Positions 1 to 9,702 of a stretch of DNA of 32,000 nt are shown here, in pieces. The position numbers were made by a program, and so were the translations under genes. Origin of the DNA: Psychrobacter sp. HD31 (GTDB lineage: Bacteria > Pseudomonadota > Gammaproteobacteria > Pseudomonadales > Moraxellaceae); the NCBI RefSeq assembly GCF_051097895.1, contig NZ_CP142525.1, positions 150,001-182,000 of the forward strand, given 5' to 3'. Positions within the stretch are counted from its first letter, which is position 1. Every line of letters begins with the position of its first letter. The notes below the pieces were generated by a model. It saw nothing but the letters and a program-made list of their open reading frames with translations, made no database searches and was not told the DNA's origin.

Positions 1-1
1 A

Positions 2-1363
2 AATGGCAATGTTGTGTTTGATTCTGGTAATTTTTTAGAACATTTGGCTGTTAGCTTAGGTCAATATCCAGAAAAACGATCTGCCAATAAAGGTAATGAG
101 CCAGAAAATGCCGAATTTGGTAAATATGGGAGTGATAACCTGTTATTTATCGCATCAGAGCGGGCGAATATGGTAACCGTTTATGATGTTAGCAACCCTG
201 CCAAACCAAAGTTTAGACAGGCGTTACCAGCGGGCGTTGGTCCTGAAGGTATTTTAGCAATACCAAACCGTAACTTGCTTATTGCCGCAAGTGAAGTGGA
301 TAACCGTGGTGACAAAATGCGTTCTGTATTAAATATTTATCAGTATCAAAACGTCGCTAAACCGACTTATCCTTCACTCCGTTCTGCTACCGCAAATGGT
401 GTGCCAATTGCGTGGAATGCAATGTCTGGTCTTGCAGTTAATGGTACGACTTTATATGCGGTTAATGACAGCTTTAACGGTAAAAACAGTATCTTTAGCA
501 TCAATACTAATGGCTACCCAGCCATGATTAACAAAGAGATGAAAATTAAAGATAGCAACGGTGTGTTGGCGGCATTACCAGTTAAACAAGTAGCAAAAGC
601 TGGTGCTAAAAGTGCTGAACGCAATACGGTATTTGATAATCAAGATTTAGCGAAGCTCATCAATGCGGATAAGACGGTAAATATTGATCCAGAGGGTATA
701 GCGGTGGCAAGTGATGGTGGTTTTTGGATTGCGTCAGAAGGCTCTGGCACATTGACAGAAGCTAAAAAACGTCCACTTAATAGTGTCAACATGGTATTAA
801 AAACAGATGAGATGGGTAACATTACTCAGGTATTTACATTACCAGAGGCGGTCAATGAAAAACAGATTCGTTTTGGTTTTGAAGGTGTTGCCGAGCAAGA
901 TGGCAAGGTTTATATTGCCTTCCAACGTGCTTGGGCCGGTGAAAAACATCCTCGTATTGCTATTTTAGACCCAAAAAATGGAGAATGGATGTTTGTCCAT
1001 TATCCATTAGATACAGCTGAATCACAACGAGGTGGTTGGGTTGGTTTGTCTGATATTGCCCCACTTGGTAATGGCAAATTTGCCGTGTTAGAGCGTGATA
1101 ACCAAGGTAACTATGATGCGGCAGTTAAGCGTATTTACCAAATTGATTTAAGTAATGTACAAAAAGAGAGCCTTGTTAAAAAAACCCTGGTACGTGATTT
1201 AATTAAAAAAGGTGATTTAACAACGGGTGGTAATCTGGCATTTGAAAAAGTTGAAGGACTGGCGGTTGATAGCGCAGGTAATGCTTGGATTATCAATGAT
1301 AACGATGGTGTTGATGACAACAGTGGTGAAACCATGCTTAAAAATTTAGGTCAGCTATTTTAA
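2..1363 (+). CDS. Phytase-like (esterase-like activity of phytase family) beta-propeller protein, 5'-truncated by the window edge
   Basis: The frame is open to the window start, so the GTG at 14 is probably internal. Repeated motifs IDPEGIAVASDGGFWIASEG and VEGLAVDSAGNAWIINDNDG are typical of phytase-like repeats. A hairpin terminator follows. Confidence 0.6.
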   Translation, partial: NGNVVFDSGNFLEHLAVSLGQYPEKRSANKGNEPENAEFGKYGSDNLLFIASERANMVTVYDVSNPAKPKFRQALPAGVGPEGILAIPNRNLLIAASEVDNRGDKMRSVLNIYQYQNVAKPTYPSLRSATANGVPIAWNAMSGLAVNGTTLYAVNDSFNGKNSIFSINTNGYPAMINKEMKIKDSNGVLAALPVKQVAKAGAKSAERNTVFDNQDLAKLINADKTVNIDPEGIAVASDGGFWIASEGSGTLTEAKKRPLNSVNMVLKTDEMGNITQVFTLPEAVNEKQIRFGFEGVAEQDGKVYIAFQRAWAGEKHPRIAILDPKNGEWMFVHYPLDTAESQRGGWVGLSDIAPLGNGKFAVLERDNQGNYDAAVKRIYQIDLSNVQKESLVKKTLVRDLIKKGDLTTGGNLAFEKVEGLAVDSAGNAWIINDNDGVDDNSGETMLKNLGQLF

Positions 1364-1396
1364 GCTCAAAACAGGAATATCATAAGGTTTAACTAC

Positions 1397-1428
1397 AAAA
1401 CGCCAGCGTAATGTTGGCGTTTTTTTTA
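1397..1428 (+). terminator. Rho-independent terminator of the phytase-like gene
   Basis: AAAACGCCA-9 nt loop-TGGCGTTTT followed by a T-run. Confidence 0.75.
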
Positions 1429-1529
1429 TTAACTATATTATAATCATCTAACATATTAAAAAATAACAGTGCTTTGGATACCTCTGTCATCAAATAAAAG
1501 TATTCAAATAAAAATTGGAAACTAACTCA

Positions 1530-3653
1530 ATGAACAGTGTCTTTGATACAGAGCAGTATAACTACCCACCTTTTGATACGGTGACGAAGCAAAAAATAGA
1601 TGAACTAAAGCTTGCTATCAATCGTTTAGAAAGTAATTTAATCAATCCAGAAGATAACAGCAATAGTTACGATAACATGTGTGTTAGCAGTCAGCTTGCT
1701 GTTAACTATGCAGATGAGTTAAATGCCAGCCAACTGCTTGCGGCAACTACCACCCAAGGGCAAATGTTAGTGATTGCTGGGGCAGGTTCTGGTAAAACTA
1801 AAACATTAACTTATCGTACCAGTTATTTAATTGAACAAGGGGTTTTGCCAAGTCAGATTCTTTTATTAACTTTTACTCGCAAGGCCGCAAATGAAATCAA
1901 AGCGCGTGCAAAACACCTGTTGGGAGATAAACTGCAAAATCTTGCTGGTTATGATATTGCCAGTGGTACGTTTCACTCCTTTTGTAATATGTTACTTCGC
2001 CGCTATGCAAAACTGTTAAACATTAATGCTCAATTTACCATTTTAGATACGGGGGATTCAGAAGATGCCATCGACTTAGTTGTAAAAGAAAATAACTTTA
2101 AAAAAATAGGTAAGGTTCATTTTCCTCGTAAAAAAACCTTACAAGTTATTATCTCAACTTGTCGTAATCGCAGACTAACGGTAGAGGCACTTGTTAATAA
2201 AAATTATCCAGATTTATCAGGTTATATTGAAACGATTGAACAAATTGCCAAACAGTATCATAACTATAAACGTAAAAAAGATTTATATGATTTTGATGAC
2301 ATCATTTCTCAGGTCGTTAGGCATTTGCAAACTAACCCACTATTTCGTGAACGGGTTCAACAAGCCTATCAACACATTATGGTAGACGAGTATCAAGATA
2401 CCAATATTCCGCAAAAAGAGTTAATTGACTTGATTAGCACAAAAAGTGGTTATGGATCCTTGATGGTGGTGGGAGATGATAACCAAAGTATCTATGCTTT
2501 TAGAGGTGCCAATTATCAAAACATTTTATTATTTGGTCATACATACCCTGATGCAAAACTCATTAAGTTAGAGCAAAATTATCGTAGTAGCCCTGCGGTT
2601 TTGGACTTTGTAAATGCGTTATCTGACCAAATCACATTGGGTTATAAAAAAAGTTTGTTTTCGGATAACTCCATAGATGGTGAAAAACCCGTATTTACTA
2701 GATGCCGTGACGAGCAAGCAGAAGCAAAGTACATTGCAGATACTATCTTACAATTACGAGACAGCTTTGATTATAAAGACTTTGCGGTACTGGGTAGAAC
2801 CTCCTATCAATCAAACTATGTTCAGCTTGAATTTATGGAAAAAAATATCCCTTTTGTTGTGGTGGGTGGTATTAAGTTTGTAGAAAAAAGACATATTAAA
2901 GATGTACTTGCGTTTGTCCGTGTATTGCATAACCCAAATGATGTGATTGCATGGCATAGGATTTTAACTATTTTAAAAGGTATTGGTGCGGTAACAGCCA
3001 CTAAAATTGCAGAGGCGATTAGTCAGGCAGAAAATAGTTTTGAGCCATTAATACAAGCAAATTTTGCTAGCCGTAGTGAGCAACTACAACCGTTATATCA
3101 AACGTTAACAAAAGCAAATCAAGCCGATTCGATTGAAGAGATACTAGAGATTCTTTTAGATTTTTATTTGCCCGTTTTACAGCTTTTAGAAGAAAACTGG
3201 AAAGAAAGAGCAGAGGACTTTAGAGTGCTAAAAGGGTTAGCAAATGAGCACCAACGTATTGACAGCTTTTTAGAAAGTTTGGCATTAGACCCACCCAATG
3301 ATTCTGTTGCGGTTCAAACCAATGAGCCAGCCGAGGAGGATGTGGTAACTATCTCTACCATTCATAGTGCAAAAGGGCTAGAGTGGCAAGTGGTGTTTGT
3401 GAATAGTTTAATAGATGGCATGATGCCGCACTATAAGTCTTCTCATAATTTTGAAGAACTTGAGGAAGAACGTAAATTGTTTTATGTGGCATGTAGTCGA
3501 GCAAAAACACGTTTATACTTAACGGCGCCTAATTATCTTGCAAGTTACGCTGGTTATTTTGATAAGGCGTCTCGATTTATTGCAGAAGTACCTAGCAGCT
3601 GTGTAATTGCAGACAGTGTAGAAAAAGAAGAAAATGAAGCGGTGTGGTGGTAA
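1530..3653 (+). CDS. UvrD/Rep/PcrA-family ATP-dependent DNA helicase
   Basis: Walker A AGAGSGKTKT, motif II VDEYQDTN, QNYRS, and C-terminal VTISTIHSAKGLEW and LFYVACSRAK motifs. An alternative TTG start lies at 1515. Confidence 0.85.
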   Translation: MNSVFDTEQYNYPPFDTVTKQKIDELKLAINRLESNLINPEDNSNSYDNMCVSSQLAVNYADELNASQLLAATTTQGQMLVIAGAGSGKTKTLTYRTSYLIEQGVLPSQILLLTFTRKAANEIKARAKHLLGDKLQNLAGYDIASGTFHSFCNMLLRRYAKLLNINAQFTILDTGDSEDAIDLVVKENNFKKIGKVHFPRKKTLQVIISTCRNRRLTVEALVNKNYPDLSGYIETIEQIAKQYHNYKRKKDLYDFDDIISQVVRHLQTNPLFRERVQQAYQHIMVDEYQDTNIPQKELIDLISTKSGYGSLMVVGDDNQSIYAFRGANYQNILLFGHTYPDAKLIKLEQNYRSSPAVLDFVNALSDQITLGYKKSLFSDNSIDGEKPVFTRCRDEQAEAKYIADTILQLRDSFDYKDFAVLGRTSYQSNYVQLEFMEKNIPFVVVGGIKFVEKRHIKDVLAFVRVLHNPNDVIAWHRILTILKGIGAVTATKIAEAISQAENSFEPLIQANFASRSEQLQPLYQTLTKANQADSIEEILEILLDFYLPVLQLLEENWKERAEDFRVLKGLANEHQRIDSFLESLALDPPNDSVAVQTNEPAEEDVVTISTIHSAKGLEWQVVFVNSLIDGMMPHYKSSHNFEELEEERKLFYVACSRAKTRLYLTAPNYLASYAGYFDKASRFIAEVPSSCVIADSVEKEENEAVWW

Positions 3654-3735
3654 GGTGTAAGGCTATTTAAGCCGTAAGGTTATAACGTAACGGAGTAAAT
3701 AAACTAAGGGATTCAATAGAATTTAAAATGATGGT

Positions 3736-4893
3736 TTAAGTTAACTCGCTAAATTTTTCAGGGATTTCTTTGCCTTCATATAATAGCTGATAGACTTGTA
3801 AGGTTTCATTAATGGTTTGTTTTAGTTCAAACTTATGGGTCATGGCAGGGCGTTGCACAATGTCTAACTGAGTTTTTACAGCTTTGCTAACCGCTTGCGC
3901 ATCTGTTTTCTTTACCATCCCTTGAGGGTAAGTTGCGCGTAATATTTCTGCATGAGCAGCTTTATCCCAACCCACAACGGGAGTACCAAGGTGTATTGCC
4001 TGCAAAACGGGGATACCAATGGATTCTGGTTGATTTGCTAAGGCTAATACAAGATTAGATCCTGATAGCCACTCTTTCATATCGTTGCGCTTGCTACCTA
4101 CATAAGTAATGCGCTTATCCAAATCTAAAGCAAATGCCCGTTGACGAAACTCTTCATAAGTAACATTATCAGGGTGTTCTTTATCATCATCCATGATAAT
4201 GACATGAATGTTTGGAAAATGTACCTGTAAATTACCTAAGATATCGAGCAACCATTCTTGACCATATTCTTTATCAATAATACTGGGGAACAGTAACCAT
4301 TTTTTATGTTCAAGTTCAGGAAACTCAGCAAAAATATGACGTAGCCAGTAAACTGATGGGTTATAGCGGTAGGGGAAGTGACGTACATCAACCCCACGAT
4401 AAATGCGTACAATGGGTTTGGTGTAATGGTAACTTTGTTTTAGGTTGTCTTTTAAATATTGAGTAACACTATCGGATACAGAGATAACCACATCCGAATA
4501 AAACAAAGCTTTTGAGTAGTTGTTGAGCGTATAAAAACCATAGACCGTAGAAACAATCTTTGGTGGCTTTTTAAGCCTTGCGCCTTTTAATGCCCAGTGC
4601 AGAATCCAAGCAGGGGTACGAGAGTGAACATGGATCACATCAGGTTTGTTTTTTTCTATTAGTCGACGTAACGCAAAAGCCTGAGTAATCGACCACCATG
4701 ATTTTTTCTTCATTTTTATTTGGTGGTAGATATTGCCATCACGCTCAAGGCGTTTTACCAATTTGTCATCTTTATCTGCACTTGCCACCACAATGGATGT
4801 ATGACCATTTTTTACAAGCCTATGTCCTAGATGATAAATACCCCGTTCGGATTCATCATGCTTTAAAGACGAGAGCAGACGCATAACAATCAT
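3736..4893 (-). CDS. Glycosyltransferase family 4 (group 1)
   Basis: 385-aa ORF with a GT-B fold pattern. The C-terminal half (ESIGIPVLQAIHLGTPVVG) resembles the EX7E region of GT4 enzymes. Confidence 0.6.
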   Translation of the reverse strand: MIVMRLLSSLKHDESERGIYHLGHRLVKNGHTSIVVASADKDDKLVKRLERDGNIYHQIKMKKKSWWSITQAFALRRLIEKNKPDVIHVHSRTPAWILHWALKGARLKKPPKIVSTVYGFYTLNNYSKALFYSDVVISVSDSVTQYLKDNLKQSYHYTKPIVRIYRGVDVRHFPYRYNPSVYWLRHIFAEFPELEHKKWLLFPSIIDKEYGQEWLLDILGNLQVHFPNIHVIIMDDDKEHPDNVTYEEFRQRAFALDLDKRITYVGSKRNDMKEWLSGSNLVLALANQPESIGIPVLQAIHLGTPVVGWDKAAHAEILRATYPQGMVKKTDAQAVSKAVKTQLDIVQRPAMTHKFELKQTINETLQVYQLLYEGKEIPEKFSELT

Positions 4894-4974
4894 AATGTAA
4901 ACTAATAAAAAACGTTATTTAATGAAAGGCTAAATTATAGCACTTTTTTTTAAATAGCTTAAATAGATAAAATG

Positions 4975-6675
4975 CTAGAACAGACCAACAATTTTGCCAT
5001 CTTCATTAATATTGATATGCTCAGCTGCTGGTACTTTGGGTAGTCCAGGCATTTTCATGATATTGCCACAAATGACAACGATAAAGCCAGCACCGGCAGA
5101 TACGTTGATATCACGTACATGCAAAATAAAATCAGTTGGCACGCCCAGTAGTTTGGCATTGTCACTAAATGAGTATTGTGTTTTTGCAACGCAAATAGGT
5201 AGTTTATCTAGCCCTAAGCGTTCAAGGCGTTTGATGGCATTTTTGGCAGAGAGGCTCAAATCTACATCTTTTGCGCCATAGATTTTTTTGGCTAACTGAT
5301 GGATTTTGTTGATAATGCTATCATTCACATCATAAGCAAATTTAAATGTATTGATAGGGTGGTCATCCAGTGTTTGCATTACCATATTAGCGAGTTGTTC
5401 ACCACCTTTACCACCATGCTCCCAAACTTCTGTTAAGGCAACTTTTACCCCCATATCAGCACAAGCTTTAATAATCATCTCTAGCTCATCATCGCTATCA
5501 GAAACAAAGCGGTTTAAAGCAACGACCACTGGCAAACCAAATACTGTACGCATATTTTCGATATGTTTCAGTAAGTTGGGTAAGCCTTTTTTTAGGGCGT
5601 CAAGGTTTTCTTCGGTTAGTAGATCTTTTTTAACGCCACCATTATATTTTAATGCCCGAACTGTTGCCACCAATACGGCGACATCGGGTTTTATGTCGGC
5701 AAGTCGGCACTTGATGTCACAAAATTTTTCTGCACCTAAGTCGGCACCAAATCCAGCTTCGGTAATCGTATAGTCAGATAAATGCCTTGCAATCTGTGTT
5801 GCTATTACAGAATTGCATCCGTGGGCGATATTAGCAAATGGACCTCCATGCACAATGGCAGGTGTGCCTTCTATTGTTTGTACAAGGTTGGGTTTAATTG
5901 CATTTTTAAGTAGTGCCGTCATGGCACCTTGTGCGTTTAGCTGTTTGGCAAATACCGGCTGTTTATCATGGGTATAAGCCACTACCATGTTACCAAGGCG
6001 CTGTTTTAAATCAGTTAAATCGTTAGCTAAACAAAAGGCAGCCATTACTTCAGAAGCAACGGTAATATCAAATCCATCATCACGCATAATGCCATCTGTG
6101 GTTTTACCAACACCACTGATAATGTGACGGAGCTGACGGTCATTCATGTCGACTGCTCTTCGCCACATGACACGTTTTGGGTCGATATTTAGCGCATTTC
6201 CTTGATATATATGGTTATCTAACATGGCAGCTAGCAAATTGTTAGCCGCACCAATAGCATGAAAGTCACCTGTAAAGTGTAGGTTAATGTCTTCCATTGG
6301 TAAAACCTGAGCATAACCACCACCAGCAGCACCGCCTTTAATGCCAAATACAGGGCCAAGTGAAGGCTCGCGTAAGGCAACTATAGCGTTTTTGGTATTG
6401 TGGGTATTGATACGGTTGAGTGCGTCAGCAAGCCCAATAGTGACGGTGGTTTTACCTTCTCCTGCCGGTGTTGGGTTAATGGCGGTAACTAAAATGAGTT
6501 TGTTATTATTTGATTTAGCAGGAGCAGAGAAGATGTCGGTTGGGTTTAGCTTGGCTTTGTCATGCCCGTAAGGTTCGATTTTTTCTGGTGTTAACCCAAG
6601 TTTTTTAGCGATGTCTTCAATTGGTTGGATGTGTGCTTGTGTTGCTATTTGGTGGTCGTTGGGTATGTTTGCCAT
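4975..6675 (-). CDS. fhs: Formate--tetrahydrofolate ligase
   Basis: 566 aa with the signature [10 protein letters not shown] and full-length resemblance to FTHFS. Confidence 0.92.
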   Translation of the reverse strand: MANIPNDHQIATQAHIQPIEDIAKKLGLTPEKIEPYGHDKAKLNPTDIFSAPAKSNNNKLILVTAINPTPAGEGKTTVTIGLADALNRINTHNTKNAIVALREPSLGPVFGIKGGAAGGGYAQVLPMEDINLHFTGDFHAIGAANNLLAAMLDNHIYQGNALNIDPKRVMWRRAVDMNDRQLRHIISGVGKTTDGIMRDDGFDITVASEVMAAFCLANDLTDLKQRLGNMVVAYTHDKQPVFAKQLNAQGAMTALLKNAIKPNLVQTIEGTPAIVHGGPFANIAHGCNSVIATQIARHLSDYTITEAGFGADLGAEKFCDIKCRLADIKPDVAVLVATVRALKYNGGVKKDLLTEENLDALKKGLPNLLKHIENMRTVFGLPVVVALNRFVSDSDDELEMIIKACADMGVKVALTEVWEHGGKGGEQLANMVMQTLDDHPINTFKFAYDVNDSIINKIHQLAKKIYGAKDVDLSLSAKNAIKRLERLGLDKLPICVAKTQYSFSDNAKLLGVPTDFILHVRDINVSAGAGFIVVICGNIMKMPGLPKVPAAEHININEDGKIVGLF

Positions 6676-6834
6676 GTTATGTTAATCCTTAATTATTATT
6701 TATTAATAGATAATAACATAACTGATATTTGTGATTAATATTAACTTTTGGTGTGTGTTGTTTATTTGCCAAATAAAAAAGCAGGTTTTGACAATGTGTA
6801 GGATTTTGTGAATGCAATGTATCGAGATGAATAA

Positions 6835-6987
6835 AGCCAGTTAGAAGCTGTATTAACACTAATGAACGCATGGGGGTTACGTACCGCTATGCGGCAACAT
6901 AATTGGAAAGTCATAGCTAAAACTTGGAACGGAAGTAAATACTGGGTACACGGCTATCATAATAAGCTAAAACACGCATACTTGTGA
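6835..6987 (+). pseudogene. C-terminal remnant of an N-acetylmuramidase (DUF3380-like) gene
   Basis: A short open frame ends GLRTAMRQHNWKVIAKTWNGSKYWVHGYHNKLKHAYL*. It matches the conserved C-terminal pattern W..FA..YNG..Y..N.Y..KL..AY of that family. An in-frame stop at 6832-6834 leaves no upstream catalytic part. Confidence 0.4.
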
Positions 6988-7007
6988 TACAGTTAACAAT
7001 GAACAAC

Positions 7008-7033
7008 AAAAAACCCCGCTCGATTGAGTGGGG
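7008..7033 (-). terminator. Hairpin plus U-tract, probably the original ssrA terminator displaced by the island insertion
   Basis: CCCCGCTC-GATT-GAGTGGGG stem with an A6 run on the plus strand, which is U6 after the stem on the minus strand. The minus-strand RNA has one A-C mismatch. Confidence 0.4.
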
Positions 7034-7097
7034 TATCATGTCAAAAACTTGTCAAAAATATATCTAAAATTACAAGTTATTGATTTAAAACATAAAA

Positions 7098-7120
7098 TAT
7101 GGTGGAGGTGGCGGGAGTTG
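7098..7120. repeat. int-distal att repeat (duplicate of the ssrA 3' end)
   Basis: TATGGTGGAGGTGGCGGGAGTTG is identical to 19041-19063. Confidence 0.9.
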
Positions 7121-7171
7121 TTTTTATCTATACAGCCCTTTATTTAAAAGGGATTAAGGTTTTCGTATTTT

Positions 7172-7194
7172 AAATATACCGTAAAATATACCGT
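7172..7194 (+). promoter_or_regulatory. Tandem TATACCGT motifs, candidate integrase arm-type sites (int-distal arm)
   Basis: AAATATACCGTAAAATATACCGT is identical to 18906-18928 and lies 52 bp inside the att repeat. Confidence 0.5.
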
Positions 7195-7701
7195 AATTTT
7201 ACAAAGTGTATTGCCTATTTGGGTATACCCCCTGCCGACTTTTGACCACATAAAAAAACGCTGGGGCTCGATGGTCTTTTAGACTAAGCCTTCCCACTTT
7301 GTACTCCCCCCTAGGTAGCTAAAAGCTCTGCCTATATAATTTGCAAATGGCTTTTCTCTTTTGTCCTTGTCATGTTTATTGCTCATACTCTTATACAGTC
7401 TACTACCGCCTTTTTGTCTATTCCATAAATTCATAAGACAAAAAAGGGAAATTTTTTTTCAAAATAGAAATTTTTTTATGAATGAGAGAGGGTGTGGTGT
7501 CCGCTTGGTATACCTTCCCAAACTTTTTGATACCCCCCTCCTTTGGGTAGGATGTTGGCATTACTATTATTTACTCTGACCTAAATAGCTTTTGGTTGAT
7601 TGCATTTATTGATTAATTAATGTCACATATGAGGCTTGCTATATTTATTGTTGGTTGACTCTTGAGGTTATATACTTATCATAGAAACGCCTTCAATTGC
7701 T

Positions 7702-7831
7702 TGCACACGCACGCACCCCCAAAACACGCTATTATGCTATTAATTCCTTTCTATGCTATGCGTACCAAGGGATACGAGGGATTGAGCTGTCTGCTATTGC
7801 GTGCTATTAGGTGCTATTCATGCTATTAATT
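7702..7831 (+). repeat. Iteron-bearing ~130-bp repeat, copy A (upstream of umuD)
   Basis: Long identical blocks are shared with 9703-9839 and, in inverted orientation, 17101-17220. It holds six GCTATT units, four of them at 9-10 bp spacing. Confidence 0.85.
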
Positions 7832-7843
7832 AGTGTTCTATCG

Positions 7844-7872
7844 TTGGGTGATTGTTCAATTCCAGTTATAAT
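7844..7872 (+). promoter_or_regulatory. Candidate sigma70 promoter for umuDC
   Basis: TTGGGT-17 nt-TATAAT, 31 bp upstream of the umuD ATG. Confidence 0.35.
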
Positions 7873-7902
7873 CACTTATCCTCTTATTAGGTTGACACAG
7901 TA

Positions 7903-8328
7903 ATGACTATCAAAATACTTGGTAAACTTTCGGCAAAAACATATCAGCCCTTACCTTTCTTTATTGAAGCTGTACCGGCTGGCTTTCCATCACCAGCAGA
8001 GGGCTACGCTGACGCAAGTATTGATTTAAATGAACTTTGTATAACTCACCCTAGTGCAACCTTTTTAGTACGTTCTAGTGGGCACTCAATGATTAACAAA
8101 GGTATCTTTGATAATGACTTATTGGTTGTAGATAGAAGTATAGAAGCTGTATCAGGAGATATTGTTGTGTGCATGGTAAATGGGGAGTTTACTGTTAAGG
8201 AGCTAGTACTAGAGCAAAAACCTATGCTAGTTGCCCATAACCCTGAATACCAAAATATAGAGCTTAACAGTGATATGGACTTTGAAGTCTTTGGTGTTGT
8301 AACAAATGTGATACGTAGTTTTAAATAA
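7903..8328 (+). CDS. umuD: UmuD-like S24 peptidase (translesion polymerase V accessory subunit)
   Basis: 141 aa with the LexA/UmuD fold pattern. The serine motif is SGHSM and a downstream Lys lies in FTVKEL. It sits immediately upstream of umuC. Confidence 0.8.
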   Translation: MTIKILGKLSAKTYQPLPFFIEAVPAGFPSPAEGYADASIDLNELCITHPSATFLVRSSGHSMINKGIFDNDLLVVDRSIEAVSGDIVVCMVNGEFTVKELVLEQKPMLVAHNPEYQNIELNSDMDFEVFGVVTNVIRSFK

Positions 8329-8417
8329 GACAACTATTGTTGCCTAACATGGTTCCGTTTTATTCTCTGAAAAATAATCATGATATAGTAATCTCACTTA
8401 ATAAATGAGTGATACCC

Positions 8418-9698
8418 ATGTATGCCTTAATTGATTGCAACAGCTTCTATGCCAGTTGTGAAAAACTATTCAGACCTGACCTTAAATATAAACCCGTTGT
8501 TGTGTTATCTAACAATGATGGTTGTGTGGTTGCACGCTCTAAAGAAGCTAAAGCCTTGGGTATTAAAATGGGCGTACCATACTTTAAGGTAGAGGGCTTC
8601 TGTAAAGCAAATGATGTAAGTGTGTTTAGTTCTAACTATACCCTGTATTCCGATTTGTCTAACCGTGTTATGTGTACGCTTGAAAGCCTATGCCCTACGG
8701 TAGAGATATACTCTATTGATGAAGCATTTTTATACCTTGATGACTACCCAACAGCCATGCAAGATTTAGAAGCATACGGGCAAATGATTAAACAAACGGT
8801 ATATAAACATACTGGCATACCTGTGGGTGTTGGTATAGGAAAAACCAAAACATTGGCTAAATTGGCAAACTATGCTGCCAAAAAACACCCCGCTACCGAT
8901 GGCGTTTGTGTATTAGATAATAGGCGTTGGATTAACCGCTTAATGCAGATAACGCCCGTTGGCGAAGTTTGGGGCGTGGGTAGAAGATATGCCAAAACAC
9001 TTAACGACATGGGTATAAACACAGTAGCAGATTTGGCGAATATGCCGTCAGGGTTGGTTAGGCAAAAGTATGGGGTGGTATTAGAACGCACACAACGAGA
9101 ATTAAACGGTCAACCCTGCCTAGATATTGAGCCAGTACAGTTAAAAAAACAGATTGTATCCTCTCGCTCATTTTCTAAACGCATTACCAATAAGCAAGAT
9201 TTAACAGAGGCGTTATGCGGTCACACAGCTAAGGCGATGGCTAAGCTAAGGGAGCAAGATAGTTTATGTACAACCATAAGCGTATTTGCTCGTAATAGTC
9301 CGTTTAGTAAGCATGAAAAGTTTACCCCTGTATCAGGGCAATATACTTTTAATGAGGCGACAAATAACACTACAGAGATGATAAAAGCGGTTAGGCTTGT
9401 TATAGATAATATGTATCAGGACAAGGTTAATTATGCAAAGGCTGGCGTTATGCTATCAGGTATTGTACAAGAAGATGAGGTGCAACCCGATTTGTTTAGT
9501 TTTGCAGGTTTAAACCCAATCAAAAAAGCAAAAGATGATGCCATTATGCAGTTAATGGATAAACTGAATACAAATAACAGCCATCAATTATTTATTGCCA
9601 GTGAGGGTGTAAGGAATAAACAAGAATGGTTAATGAATAGGCAGTATTTAAGCCCGTGTTATACAACTAGGGTTAGTGATTTGGTTTGTGTTAACTGA
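8418..9698 (+). CDS. umuC: UmuC-like Y-family DNA polymerase (Pol V catalytic subunit)
   Basis: The N-terminus [15 protein letters not shown] and SIDEAFL are classic Y-family motifs. The ATG at 8418 is preferred over the GTG at 8409. Confidence 0.88.
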   Translation: MYALIDCNSFYASCEKLFRPDLKYKPVVVLSNNDGCVVARSKEAKALGIKMGVPYFKVEGFCKANDVSVFSSNYTLYSDLSNRVMCTLESLCPTVEIYSIDEAFLYLDDYPTAMQDLEAYGQMIKQTVYKHTGIPVGVGIGKTKTLAKLANYAAKKHPATDGVCVLDNRRWINRLMQITPVGEVWGVGRRYAKTLNDMGINTVADLANMPSGLVRQKYGVVLERTQRELNGQPCLDIEPVQLKKQIVSSRSFSKRITNKQDLTEALCGHTAKAMAKLREQDSLCTTISVFARNSPFSKHEKFTPVSGQYTFNEATNNTTEMIKAVRLVIDNMYQDKVNYAKAGVMLSGIVQEDEVQPDLFSFAGLNPIKKAKDDAIMQLMDKLNTNNSHQLFIASEGVRNKQEWLMNRQYLSPCYTTRVSDLVCVN

Positions 9699-9702
9699 TA
9701 AT

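Noticed and set aside
4994-6571. Plus-strand ORFs 4994-5281, 5351-5773 and 6341-6571 inside fhs
   Set aside because: They lie entirely antisense to a confidently identified, full-length fhs gene. They have low-complexity Ser/Pro/Ala-rich translations and no RBS, so they are shadow ORFs.
6689-6871. 60-aa minus-strand ORF upstream of fhs
   Set aside because: It lies in the AT-rich fhs promoter region and overlaps the muramidase-remnant frame. It has no RBS and an implausible composition.
7361-7579. 72-aa ORF in the island's left non-coding arm
   Set aside because: It has a non-ATG start, no SD, a Leu/Phe/Tyr-rich low-complexity translation, and spans homopolymer runs. The region is more likely regulatory DNA.
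7793-7831. GCTATT arrays considered as a possible CRISPR or mini-array
   Set aside because: The units are 6 nt with 3-4 nt spacers, far too short for CRISPR. No cas genes or leader are present. They are better interpreted as iterons or operators.
7702-7831. Island repeats A, B and C considered as MITEs or IS remnants
   Set aside because: I could find no terminal inverted repeats, target-site duplications or transposase fragments. Only a genome-wide copy count could settle this.
7832-7902. LexA SOS box upstream of umuD
   Set aside because: I searched for CTGT-N8-ACAG-type palindromes and found none. Only a direct TGTTC duplication is present. The clade's real operator consensus is unknown to me, so absence is not proven.
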